Assembly: GCF_006345805.1 (NCBI RefSeq)
Contig: NC_043000.1
Location: 60,140,001-60,204,000 of the forward strand
Length of the DNA stretch: 64,000 bases
Source: Octopus sinensis
Lineage: Eukaryota
Direction: 5' to 3'
Below the pieces are notes generated by a model that saw only the letters and a program-made list of their open reading frames with translations, was not told the origin of the DNA and searched no databases. This document shows, piece after piece, positions 23,141-35,780 of this stretch. Both the position numbers and the translations under genes were made by a program. How positions within the stretch are numbered: position 1 is the first letter of the stretch; each line of letters begins with the position of its first letter.

Positions 23141-26044
23141 CAAGCACATGTCAATAGGGATTTCAGTCCACATAGTATCAAGGTATGATATAATATATGT
23201 AACCTGTATAGTAATTATATAAACAGGGCTAATTTCTCCATAGATTGAAAAAAATAATGAATAACCTTAATTGATTTTCAAAACTTATTGGGTTCTCATT
23301 AGAAGTATCTGTATCAATTTGACCAATCCCAGAGAAACAAGTAGCCAATCTGTTTATATACACATCGATTCCAGTGGCTAAAGAGAATGAGCTACTAATT
23401 TGCATACCATGAGTGTTAACACTTTATTTTTAATATTAGGGGCCTGTCAACAGGGACCTCAACATGAAATTATGTTGGACCTTGTTATATCATCATTTTC
23501 TGTTCACTGATATCACAATATGTAACTAAGACTTATTGCTTTTGCTGTTGAAAATGTGTTTAAAATTTAAGTATTGTATCTGGTTTAAATATCTTACTTC
23601 TCAGAAAAATTATGTCCCCTCTAAACACCCAGCACCTTCTTGATATTTGTCACATTTTCACAATGCCCGCACCCCAGAGTGCTCTGCCACCTAAGAATCA
23701 TTATATTATAGTTTGGTTTATGGAGCTAGATATTAAATATTCTTTAAAAAGATTACAATTCCACAATCCAAGATTTAAATTTGAGGAATACAAAAAGTAT
23801 ATGTTATATTTTACTGAATATGAATATTAAAAAAATTGACATAAAAACATTTTAAAGTAAGAAAAATATATAAAATTTGAGTGAAAGAGTTTATTTAAAT
23901 GACAGTTGTACTCATATCATGACAGTTTAAAACAGAGATTTTCTTGTTAAGTGAAATAAATAAATTAGAATTAGAAATTTGCCAAAGATTATCATTTATC
24001 AGACAACTTTGTAAATGGGATAGAATAACTCAATTAGAAAAAGTTCAATCAACTTAATTGGCATCAAACTTAGTTTAAACCATTTAACATAAACTTCAGA
24101 AAATAACATCAAAAGCAGAAGACTTTTGGAGAAATATCACTGGTCATGAATTCATCTTTTTAAATGTATATTTATATTGTATTCTAGTTGTTTAAAAATC
24201 AATACTTTATTGGCAGGTTCCAAAATGCAGAAATGGTGCCAGTTTAAGAAATCTGCACAAAATCTGGCAACAGTACTTGAGCACCCAGATTATTTAGACG
24301 ACTATTCAGAAAGAAATCTCAAAAGATGAATGAGTCAATTCATTTATATATGCATATATATATATATATATATATATATGAATATTCAGTAATATAAGAC
24401 TCTCGTAATCATTATAGATAACTGCCTCCATTGGTGATATTTTCAAGGAGTCATGAGATGATTTTGATCCCACTGTTATAAGGTAGTGAAATACAAATTA
24501 TTATATACTGCTCCTACTTATACAATACCGAGCCAGAACTCCCCATATTGTCTAATAACAAACTGAGTGAGCTATTAAGAGTTAAATTTCATTGCTGGAT
24601 CCCCAACACTGGACCAGCAATGATATGAACAAATCATTTTTTTATATCACAGGATGTCTTCATATCAAATGACTCAGTTACTCTTTCATCTTAAAACGGG
24701 TTAATTATATATACAACATTTTTTAAATATAATTTAAGGTTTAAGAAAATCTACACTAATGCTTGAGCATCTTGTAAAACATTTTATTCATAATACATTT
24801 ATACATAAAATAAGATCAGCAATACCCACCACCTACCACCAAAAAAAACTTGATTTTTTTGTTTTAACTTCCCATTTGAAGTGCACCAATAATTTTTCAC
24901 CTTATCTCCAGAATGCCACAGAAACATAACAAACTGAGCATGACATTTCTACAGACATTTCTATAAGTTCTGCCTACTTGAAATAGCAGCCAAGTTTCCT
25001 TTCATGTTACAACCTACCATCTAAGAATTTTAAAAAAGGCATGAAACATTGGATAGTGTATTCCTAGATACACTACATTTGAACTAGATAAGGCTTCATA
25101 ACTTTAATGTCAATCATGGGATATACAGTTGGGTTTCTCCCAAGTTTTTAAATTAGCTACCTTAACAGTAAAGTCAACTGGAGCACATTGTGTTAATGTG
25201 TAAACTATATGAAAATATTATCAACATTTATATGTAAACTGGTAAAGATACATAAAAAAAATATACTACTCTCAAGACACGTGTGAGGCTTTATTTTATT
25301 TTTAAATAGATACTAATTTTTTGTATTTAAAAATTTAATACTTGTAAGAGTGGTTTATACAAAACAAATTAGTTGAAAATAATTTATATCATCATTTACT
25401 ATTAATAGTTGTTAGTGTCTTAGGATGTCAATTTCTATCTTTTTTTTTAACAAATAAACCTTCTGCTTCTTGCATTTTGTTTGCTTTTATTTTTCTACTC
25501 AATTAAAAAAAAAACTCAATGATAATTGAAGGTAAATAAAATATAATATTGAAATCTTTATTTCAATGTCTCACATAAACCTCCCTAATAAAATAAACAA
25601 CAAATGGTGAAATATATTAACCGTGCCAGATAAAACATTTTATTAAAACTAAAATGAAAAAAAATACAATCCACTTGAAAATTTACCACAAAAGTCTTTT
25701 TTATTATTATTATTATTTAACTAAATATATTTATGCTTGTTTTCACTGCTAATTAATTAATTTACACACACACATACTGACATGATAGCTGCCTCTGGCT
25801 TTTATGACATCCACTGCCTGATTGTTCTTTTAAAGCAGCATGATTTGGCTTTTCAGTACTGGTAGGAACCTACATTCTATTGAACAATGATGGTGCAATG
25901 ATGGGTGCCACTTGCAGTAGGTGTTCAGAGAATTATCACCCACAGTGGTTGATATATATCTTTATTCTCTCATGGAATTTTTCATTGACTGTTTTACCTT
26001 TTTCAGCTACAAAGCATTACAGTATGCAACACATAATAGAAATA

Positions 26045-26385
26045 CCAGTGCCTGAAGCTTTTTAAAGTGAAGAAAGACCTTGCACAGGACCAATCCCATT
26101 CTCTGAACCATGGATGCATTTGCCCAAAAAGAAGAACTAGTCTTCATCATTGATGCAAATGAAGTCACAGGTGCGACTTCAGAGTTTCTTCTTCTGAATG
26201 AGATATCTAAACCCAGACTAAGGTGTCAACCCTTGATGGGTTTTGGTTTTGTCTTGTAGAGTATCCAATGAGAACCACCCGCCTTTCTAAGCAGGCTTGA
26301 TAAGGATAAGGTTGCTGGTTTAGTTGTCAACAGCCCAATCATGCAACAAATTGTACTGGGTTATAAATTACTAGTAGCACCGAAA
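26045..26385 (+). mobile_element. Possible degenerate retroelement 5' fragment (RTE-like)
   Basis: GC-richer island containing gtgtcaacccttgatgggtt..gagaaccacccgcct. The resemblance is from recall only and needs alignment. Confidence 0.3.
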
Positions 26386-26390
26386 GTGAC

Positions 26391-26436
26391 CTGACTGACT
26401 GACTGACTGACTGACAGACAGGCAGGCAGGCAGGCA
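26391..26436. repeat. (GACT)n(GGCA)n microsatellite
   Basis: Read directly from the sequence. Confidence 0.92.
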
Positions 26437-28529
26437 AACACATATTCTGTAGACAAGAGAGAAAGCCAGTCAATCACTTTATGCCTTTAAATTTTATGTC
26501 TTACATCTGTTCATAGTGTTTCTTTCTGCTACCAACTAAACTATATTTCATCTTCATCCTCTAAGGCTACTGAGGAAGTAGGGGGCAATAGTTTTAATCA
26601 AATTATATTAGGGTAAAATTTATAAGAGGGGTACTGTTGTTGAGTATTATTTGACAGCTGTAAATAATTTATTAAACTTCCATAACTAATGATCCTGGGA
26701 AAGACATGAAATGTTACTGTTCTCATTTCTTCTTATTAAACCCTATGCTTCCTAGCTTTTTGGAAGACAAGAAAAAAAGAACTTGAAAACATTCTGCATC
26801 ATTACAGAGTCATAGTAAGCTACACCAAACAATAATCCTGCTTTTAAACAAACATTAAGTAGGGATTTTAATCATTTATAAGTATTTCACAATTTATAAA
26901 GGTTATTTGTATCTGCGTGAATATGCTATTAGGCACATTGTAAAGAGATTCCTTTTTTGATATCCCCAAAGTTATTAGCAGCTTTGAAAATACTAATTCA
27001 CTAATTTTAAAGGCCCATGATAAGAAACAGTGCATTTGGAAATAACATGCAAATGTCCCTAAAGAAGAAATACATATATTGATTTTTCTCCTGTTTTCAA
27101 ACCTTTAGATTATAACATTTTCTCAAAACTATTTAAGCATAAACCTGATAATTCAAGACAACAGCAAATGCTGAAAAAAAATTATTTTTCTATTTTTGTT
27201 TTTGGTGCATGTATGTTTCTATATATGTCTAACTCATAAATTTATCATAATTCAAAATGGAATAAAACCAAAAATACATGGAAAATATACAAAACTAAAA
27301 TAAGAATTTCACAACTTATATGCATTTACATGGTGAATTATAAAGATTTTCTTTAGATTTCTGATAATTAATGATGCAATTAATTTTCAAAATACATTAA
27401 TTACTATTAAACTTTTCATGTTTCAATTTTAAAATATTTTCATTTCTAACATTGGTACAGAGTAAACTGACCCAAGTACATGAATAATGAAATGTGAGGT
27501 TAACTTTGGCAGGATTTGAACACTAAATAGGCCCTCCTAAACCAGTGAGACTGATGCCCTTAATGCTTATTGAGCTCTGTAAGTAAACACCTGTAAGAAA
27601 GACATGAGCAGAGAGAAGTTTGGGTGGGGCCAAAGTTCTGCCAAGACATGTAAGTAAATACCACAAGGTATTTTATATGACACAATTCTGGTAATACAAG
27701 AATATATTGCAATAAAAATATATTGCTGTGGAAAAAAATTTCCTGATCTTCAAACTGAAAGTTTAGTTCTCAAACTCATTTGTTGGATCTTTAAATAACT
27801 GGATACCAATAATGAGAAATCAGATACATTATTATCAAGAAGCAAAAGCACAAATTCTAAAACCAACTGAAAAGAGTGAGAAAATGCTAAACTGGTCCCT
27901 GCAGTTGATTAGCTTTAGGTCAATCAAGCAGATATCTGTAATCAAAGTCATTCCAGCCAAAACCATACATCATTTTGTACACCTATAACTTCCTTGTTTT
28001 TAACACAGTTGGGTAAAATTTTCAAATTTACATTGGTAGCCCTTGAGAAACAAACATCATCTAAATGTCACATATTTCATCAATACATTCATTTGTAAAA
28101 TACTTGTTGGATACAACAGGATTTGAACTTAGAATTAAAAGAAGTATAACTAAATGCTGCAAGTAACTTTGAAAATTTTCCCAATTCTGTCAACCCACAG
28201 TCCTGTGAAATATTAACAGTCAATTTCATAATTTAAACATTTATGAAATATACTTTTATTATGAGATCATGGTATTTTGAAGAAGAATTAAGGAACCTTC
28301 AACTAAATTTATATTTTTTTTATTATAATCAAATTATCTATACTTTATATCATCTTAGGTCGAAAAAAATCATTAAAATCTGATTTTCTGGGAAATAATA
28401 TCATTAAAAGCATGTTATCTTATCCCAAGTAAAAATTAATTTCGATACTATAAAGGACAGAACCAAACACTACTTTTATGAGCAATATATCATATTTATA
28501 ATGATCACACATTTGCACATACACTTTTT

Positions 28530-28910
28530 ATCTTTTATCATTTACTTGTTTGAGTCATTAGACTGTAGCGATACTGGGGCACCATCTTGAAGAATTTTTA
28601 GTCAAACAAATCAACCCCAGTACTTACTTTTAAGCCTGGTACTTATTCTATTGGTTTCTTTACCAAACCTCTAAGCTATGGGGCCATAAACAAATCACCA
28701 GTTATCAAGGAGCAGTGGGAAACAAACACAGACACAAAGACAAACACACACACATATACAACAGGCTTCTTTCAATTTCCATCTACCAAATCCACTCACA
28801 AGGCTTTGGTCAGCCCAAGGCTATAGTAGAAGACACTTGCTCAAGGTGCCATGCAGTGGGACTGAACTTGGAGACATGTGGTTCGAAAGCCACAGCTGCA
28901 CCACACTTGC
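28530..28910 (-). mobile_element. SINE family A, full length, moderately diverged
   Basis: Tail ttttatcatttacttgtttgagtc through head gggactgaac..ccacac. Confidence 0.85.
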
Positions 28911-29370
28911 ACACAAAATGTAAAGAAAAATACAAGATTTAATTAAGCTAGAGATTGAATTGAAATGTCCATAACAACTCCACAGGATATGTAACAATTC
29001 CAATTAAGATATATTAGCAGAATGAATTTTTTTAAATAACTGTATATGTGTGCATCAGTTGTGTTTTCTGAATGCTGTGCATGCCTAAGACATGCAAATG
29101 AATGCAAATAACAAATCATACTCTAATATACATCTTTTATTTAAGGTAAGTTAATAAAAAGTAAACATGGTGCATACATGTTATATCTACTTCAGTTATA
29201 TGATTTTCACTTTTATGATTGCATACTCTAGTTTATCATGAATCACTCCTAATACATCACAGTTTGAAGATAGTATGACTAGCCAAAACTTCAAAGTCAC
29301 TGTCAACAATATTAATCTTGTTTAAGAATAAAATATATACACATAAGCCTGTCACATACACACATATATA

Positions 29371-30594
29371 TTGGGCCATCCCATAAATAATGCAGTTTAT
29401 TTTCAAAATTAAGATAAACAAAGCTTTTTTGTAATATAAAATATACTCCCCTTCATATTCTACAATGCTCTTCTAGCTATCTGGTAGACCTGAAAGACTG
29501 CCTCTTCCAAAATTCACTTGACTGTGATGAAAAATACTCCTCTAGTACTATTCTCACCTCGTCTGCAGAATTAATATTTTTTCTGTCCAAATGATTTTGA
29601 AGACTGCGAAATAAATGATAATCAATGCCCAACAAATATGGTGAGTGGGGCAACGTTTCCCATTTAAACTGCTCCAGCCTTTCGAATGTCATCCTCGCTG
29701 TATGTGACCAAGCATTATCTTGATGGAAGAACACCTTTCTTCTTGAAACCAAAGATGGTCGTTTTTCTTCTAGTGTTGACTTAAGCCACTCAAGCTGCTC
29801 ACAGTAGATCTGTTATCATTTGGTTTGGCTTTAAAAGTTCAAAGTGGACTAAACCTTTCATATCCCACAAAACAGATAACAACACCTTAAGTGGGTGAGG
29901 ACCTTCTTTAACCTGGGGTGCTGGTGTTTCTCCTTTCCCTACCCACTGTCTTTGGTACTTGACATTTTTATAGAGAACCCATTTCTTGGCACCAGTCACT
30001 ATTCGGTCCAAAAAAGGTTCATTCATGAGACATAACATGATTAGACTCAGAAAGTTTGAGGAAACCATTGACCCAATTTGCTGATTTTTCTGATGGCACG
30101 CACATGTCGTTGAATGACCAAATCCAAGTTTCTCTGCTAATTCCTCAGGAGTTACAATGCAATTTTGTTCCACCAGGGTTTGCAGGACATCTTCATCAAG
30201 CTTTACAGATATTTCAGGACAAAGCTTGTCTTAGGCTGTAGTTTTCAGCTCAGAATTTCTGGAACCATCATTGACACTAGCCTATGCCTATTTTTGGACC
30301 TCCCCCCCTATATACAGCATTAATATTCCTTGCACTTTCAGTTGCATTGTTGTCTTTATTGAACTCATAATGCAAAATATGCCAAATATGCTCCTTTGTC
30401 ACTTCCATTATTGCTTACAAAAAATAAATGTTAAAACTGAACTTCAAAACTTGCACTATGAATAAGTACAAGGTAAAATTAGTACCTGCTTTTGTAGCAA
30501 GTTGATGCAGGTAGTTTATCCCACCCCCCTTCCAACGTTTAGTTCATGCAATTGAAAAAAACCAGATTATTTATGGGATGACCCAATGACCCAA
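29371..30594 (-). mobile_element. Mariner (Tc1/mariner, DD34D-type) transposon, near full length, inactive
   Basis: TIRs ttgggccatcccataaataat (29371-29391) and attatttatgggatgacccaa (30566-30586), with TA on both flanks. Transposase remnants MEVTKEHIWHILHYEF (ATG at 30408), FLDRIVTGAKKW, PHPLKVLLSVLWDMKG, FHQDNAWSH, LPHSPY and DYHLFRSL. Confidence 0.95.
29440..30408 (-). pseudogene. Mariner transposase pseudogene
   Basis: Multiple frameshifts and stops. The first catalytic Asp motif TGDEKW reads TGAKKW here. Confidence 0.9.
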
Positions 30595-30613
30595 TATATA
30601 TATATACATACAT

Positions 30614-30677
<64 letters not shown>

Positions 30678-30680
30678 CTT
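30595..30680. repeat. (TA)n/(CA)n/(TG)n microsatellite at the mariner right end
   Basis: Read directly from the sequence. Confidence 0.9.
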
Positions 30681-33170
30681 TGTGTCAGTGTTTGTCCTCC
30701 ACCAATGCTTGACAACTGGTGTTGGTGTTTACATCCCATAACTTATCAGTTCAGCAAAAGAGATCAATACAGGCTTAAAAGACAAAACAATTCTGGAGTT
30801 AATTCATTTGATTAAAAATTCAAGCTGCTGCTCCAGCATGGTCACAGTTTAATGACTAAAACAAGTAAAAGATAAAAAGTATCCTGCAATACACTTTCCA
30901 TCCTTTTAATAACACCTGTAATTTTGCTTTAGGTTCATTCTTCCACATGTTGATGATCCTGCTACTCATTAAACATTACTTTATCTTTCTCTGATTGGCT
31001 GACATTTATTTAATCAGCATAATTTCCCTATTACACATAACTCAGCTCATTTCATCATCATTACCAGGTAATAAGAATTTTGTCCTATTTATGATAGAAT
31101 CATGCTAACACTTGCAATTCTTTCAGGGTGGGGCAGGATTATTCTTTTTTTTCTTTTTTATTAGGAGGGTGCAAACAGGATCATATCAATTACAGATGAT
31201 GTCTATAGAGTGTTACATTCTTAAACAGAAATAGCAACCAAATCTTCTTCAAACCACAAACTACCATTATAGAGTTGAAAGACAACATAATGTAGTCCCA
31301 GATGAGGATGATGACAATAACTAGGTAGGATGAAAAATCTTCAATGCTATAAATTTTTGGTTTGTGGGGAGGGGAAATATTATCATACAGTCAAAAATGA
31401 TGACAGCTCTCCACAGCTTATAATGGGCATCTGACTTCTTTGCTATCAGCTATGCTTGCCAATAAATGTGAGAAAGAGGAAGGGGAGAGGAGAAGAGAGA
31501 GAGACAAACAGAAAAAAAAGAGAGACAAACAGGGAGAAAAAGAAAGAGAATTTTGTGACTGAGAGCAAAAAAAATTGCAAGTAACCTCACATGCTCTCAC
31601 ATACACAACATGCAACACTTGTACACAGATATCAACAAGCTATGACAAACACTCTCATTTACTCTAATTTGCACACTGAACCTCCACAACCAAAGACCCT
31701 CTCTCTTGACATTAATCAAAGGCAGCATATCTCATTGAATGGTGAATAAGAGTCAATGGTACAGAACAAGGTAGGAGCTGGGAACTAGCAGCAATCAGGA
31801 CTGTGGATGTGAAGAACAGGATAATGATTGAAGAATGTTAAAATGTTGAGAAAGATAAAGATTATTATGGTGATGATTAAAAGTATTATAACATCAATGA
31901 AGTTCATTGGAGACTACTTGTTCCTCATTCAGTTACACTCCAAACAATCCTAGTTTATGATTCAGTAAAAAGAAATAATTCATAATAGAAGAATTGAGTT
32001 GTTTCAATCTAAAACTGAAGTGTGTGTGTCTTTAATAATCTTGCAGATAATAAATTACTGCCAATCCTTCTTCAGACTTGCAGCAAGTTTGTAATTGCAT
32101 ACATCACTGCTTAATTCACACTAAACTGGAATGGTTTTCAGCAGTAAACATTTTCAAACAGATAAAAAGATAATTTGCATTTTTAATGAATAGTGAAAAC
32201 CAAAAGAAAGTTATATAAAAACCTATCTGTTATCCTTCCTTCTTGTTATATATATAGAACACACACTCATCAAACATACTGTCATTATAAAAATACATAA
32301 ACTGTAAGTGTAACATTTTTTCTTTATGTCAATACATGAACAGCAATATAATAAATCAAAACATAAAGCTAGCTACATCACTCCCAGGTATGAGTTCATT
32401 CAAAATCTATATTTAAACTGAGAAGATGTAAGGTTAGATATATCCATGATGAGTCATTAGGATACATAGATAAGTGTTATAAATTACAATTTATTGTAAG
32501 TGTTACATTCTTAAACAGAAATAGCAACCAAATCTTCCTCAAATCACAAACTACCATCATAGAGTTGAAAGACAACATAATGTAATCCCAGACATATGTT
32601 TGAAAAAAAAGGGACAGTCACAATTGGAGCTCTATTTCACAGTGAAATAGCTACATGAACATATTCACATGGACAATCACTCAGTGTTAGGATAAAACAT
32701 ATATACCTACATATATAACATCATTTTTATGCTTGCTTTCCATGCTGATATGGGTTGGATGATTTGACAGGATCCAAAAGATTAGAGGATCACATCTTAC
32801 GCCAATGCCTCTTGGAAATAGCTCAGAGGAGAGACAGTGATGACTGACAGTACAGAAAAGGTGATATATGGTTTGTAACAACAAGTTCTGATTTCATTAC
32901 AGCAGCAGAATAATGCCATAGAGAGGAGAGTGATAGAGGGAAGAGGAATATATGCTTGTATGATGAGGAACCTATGTGCATGCACACGTGCACGTGCACA
33001 CACACAAAGCTAGATTAAGCAGTGCAACAACTAAGCCATTACTTTACAATTAAACAATAACACATCCAACTTTATCCCACTTTTTCTCTCTTTTTCTCCT
33101 TCTCTCACTACTCTTATTCCAAGCATTCTTCTCTCATTTGTGTTGGTATGGTCACTCAATATATATATAT

Positions 33171-33255
33171 ATATTCTGTTGTGTCTGGGGAGAGCAATTT
33201 TCTTTTTGTGCCTTATAATTTAAATGACTCTCCCCAGACACAGACAACAGAATAT
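33171..33255. repeat. Fold-back inverted repeat with ~30 bp arms
   Basis: atattctgttgtgtctggggagagcaattt versus aaatgactctccccagacacagacaacagaatat, 21-nt loop. Confidence 0.9.
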
Positions 33256-35044
33256 GCTTTAACACATGACCTCACATAAAGAATCTTGCAAACCAAATCC
33301 AAAACCCCTACAAGTTGGACACCTTTCCCTAAGCACCAAAACTCTGCAAAACCATCCCAGAGGATATCATCTTGCATTCCTCCATAACAAAACTAAATGA
33401 TATCCACTTGCAATCTTGACAGAGCATGACAAATTTGCATTGATTCTATAAGAGAGACCTCAAAACATTCTCCAATGTTGCCATGCCAATCTTGTCTTCT
33501 TCAACAGTACAAAGACAATCACTACATGTCAAGAAAACATTACCATACCTGACCTCACCACTTCAGTATGAACACTACACAACTAGAACCCTCATATGCT
33601 TAGCTTCACTATCACCAAGTGTCTCTTCTAGCAAATGTACCTCCACAAAATCAACCCTTCTTTTTCCCACTAATTACTTCAGTCTTTGCTCCTTAGAGCT
33701 GACTGGTCTTGAGCCATTTTCATTTAGGCACTCTTGACTGACTCATGAAGTTCTTGTTTTTCTTTCTTATGGTCTGTTGTCTATGCTTCTGATCTGGTTG
33801 GATAATATTGTTTTTCAGTATACTTTACACTTCACTTGGACCAAATTATACTTGCTGTTTCACAGTTGCTATCTCAATCTTTCAAAAAGCCAGTTGATTT
33901 TACTATTTCTGTAATCTAGTTTGTCACTAAGTTAAATATCTGTAAAATAATATTAAACCTATAATAAAACTATTAGGCCAATCTATCTGCCAGCCAGTTT
34001 ACTGCTAGAAAGAAAAAAATGAGACAAATTTCTATAAGGTTTTATATAGACTTCTTTGTCTATTACGACACTTTTTTATGTATCTCACAAAAAAAAAAGT
34101 GATTCTATCTTCTTCAGTGTAGAAATATTAGTTTGCCACATCTCCAAAAGGTTAAATTATGAAGAAAATAGAAATACATACAAATCTATTGTGCTAATAA
34201 TTAGATGATTAAGTTCATGCAGTTTCATTGTTTATAGATGATAAGTGCCTCAAGCAAACAGAAAGATTCTAAATCAACTATTAAAACTTACATACAACTA
34301 GGTAATCTACTGCATAGCTGGTTTCTATTTTCTTTTTTTTTTTTTTTTTTTTTTGATATTTTGTATGATAGACAATTTACTAAAAATACTGTGGGTTTCC
34401 ATATCAAAGGTAACTATGTAAAGCTAAATAGGTATTTAGAAAAGCTAGAACAGTGGCAAAATTATGAAATAACTATAGTATTATAATCCTCCAAAAATTA
34501 TAAATATCCTTTAAATATCAGCCTTCTATTAGCACATAAAAGAAATCATTTATATCATACATTAGTATTAATTAATTGCTTGATTTTTTCTGAGGCTTTC
34601 ATCAATAGATAATGTTATTGAATTCAGAAAACAGTCATGATATTCATGCCTTTCCTAAGGGTAACAGAAGAATGGATGAAATAGCTACTACAATGCACAG
34701 AATATAAGTCATACCATAATTTGCAGGGAATTTACCACCTTAGCTATTGTGCTCAGTTTATATATTACATAAAGCTTTATGTCTGGAAAAACAATTCTAG
34801 TGTTAGTATAATGATTATAGCAGATGGTAAATAAACAAGGAATTCTCACAAGATAAAAAAAAGACCCACTAACAGACAAGATATTTTTTAAATTTCTCAA
34901 AAAGCACCAGCCACAAACTCTAATACAAAACAAAGAGCAGGATTTAGTCACATGTAAAGCCCCACATTTCAGGTATATTCAACCAATGCTTACATGGAAA
35001 TAGTATGACAATAATTATTAAATACATACATCTATAAACACACA

Positions 35045-35088
<44 letters not shown>

Positions 35089-35384
35089 ACATACATGCCA
35101 TCTCTTTCCTCTTTTCAAGTGAGGGATTTATTTCTTTAAAAATGTAGTGATTGATGTCAGTGACAACAAGGAATGTCAATCATCATCATCACCATTTCAC
35201 TCAGGCAGTGACAAGCATGGAATATCAACAATCAAGCACTCACACACACAACAACTTTCCTGAGATTCTGTCTACCAAATTTATTCATAAGGCTGTGCTG
35301 ACAAATGTAGAAGGTTACTGGGCAGTAGGACTGAAGCCAAAAACATAAAGTGAACTTCTTAAATACATAATCATGCCTATACTC

Positions 35385-35579
35385 TTTTACTCTTTACTCT
35401 TTTACTTGTTTCAGTCAGTTGACTGCGGCCATGCTGGAGCACCGCCTTTAGTCGAGCAACTCGACCCCGGGACTTATTCTATCGGTCTCTTTTGCCGAAC
35501 CGCTAAGTGACGGGGACATAAACACACCAGCATCGGTTGTCAAGCAATGCTAGGGGGACGAACACAGACACATAAACAT

Positions 35580-35617
<38 letters not shown>

Positions 35618-35780
35618 GATGGGCTTCTTTCAGTTTCCGTCTACCAAATCCACTCACAAGGCTTTGGTCAGCCCGAGGCTATAGTAGAAGACACTTGCCC
35701 AAGGTGCCACGCAGTGGGACTGAACCCGGAACCATGTGGTTGGTAAGCAAACTACTTACCACACAGCCACTCCTGCGCCT
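35385..35780 (-). mobile_element. SINE family A, young full-length copy
   Basis: CpG-retaining copy with tRNA-like head, internal (TA)n and a (GAGTAAAA)n-type tail. Confidence 0.93.

Noticed and set aside
23598-23690. Minus-strand segment with a good acceptor and an AA|GTAAGA donor
   Set aside because: Stops in all three frames.
33260-33950. Coding-like composition and a strong minus-strand acceptor near 33945
   Set aside because: All frames close quickly. Possibly a very old LINE fragment, but no motif supports a call.
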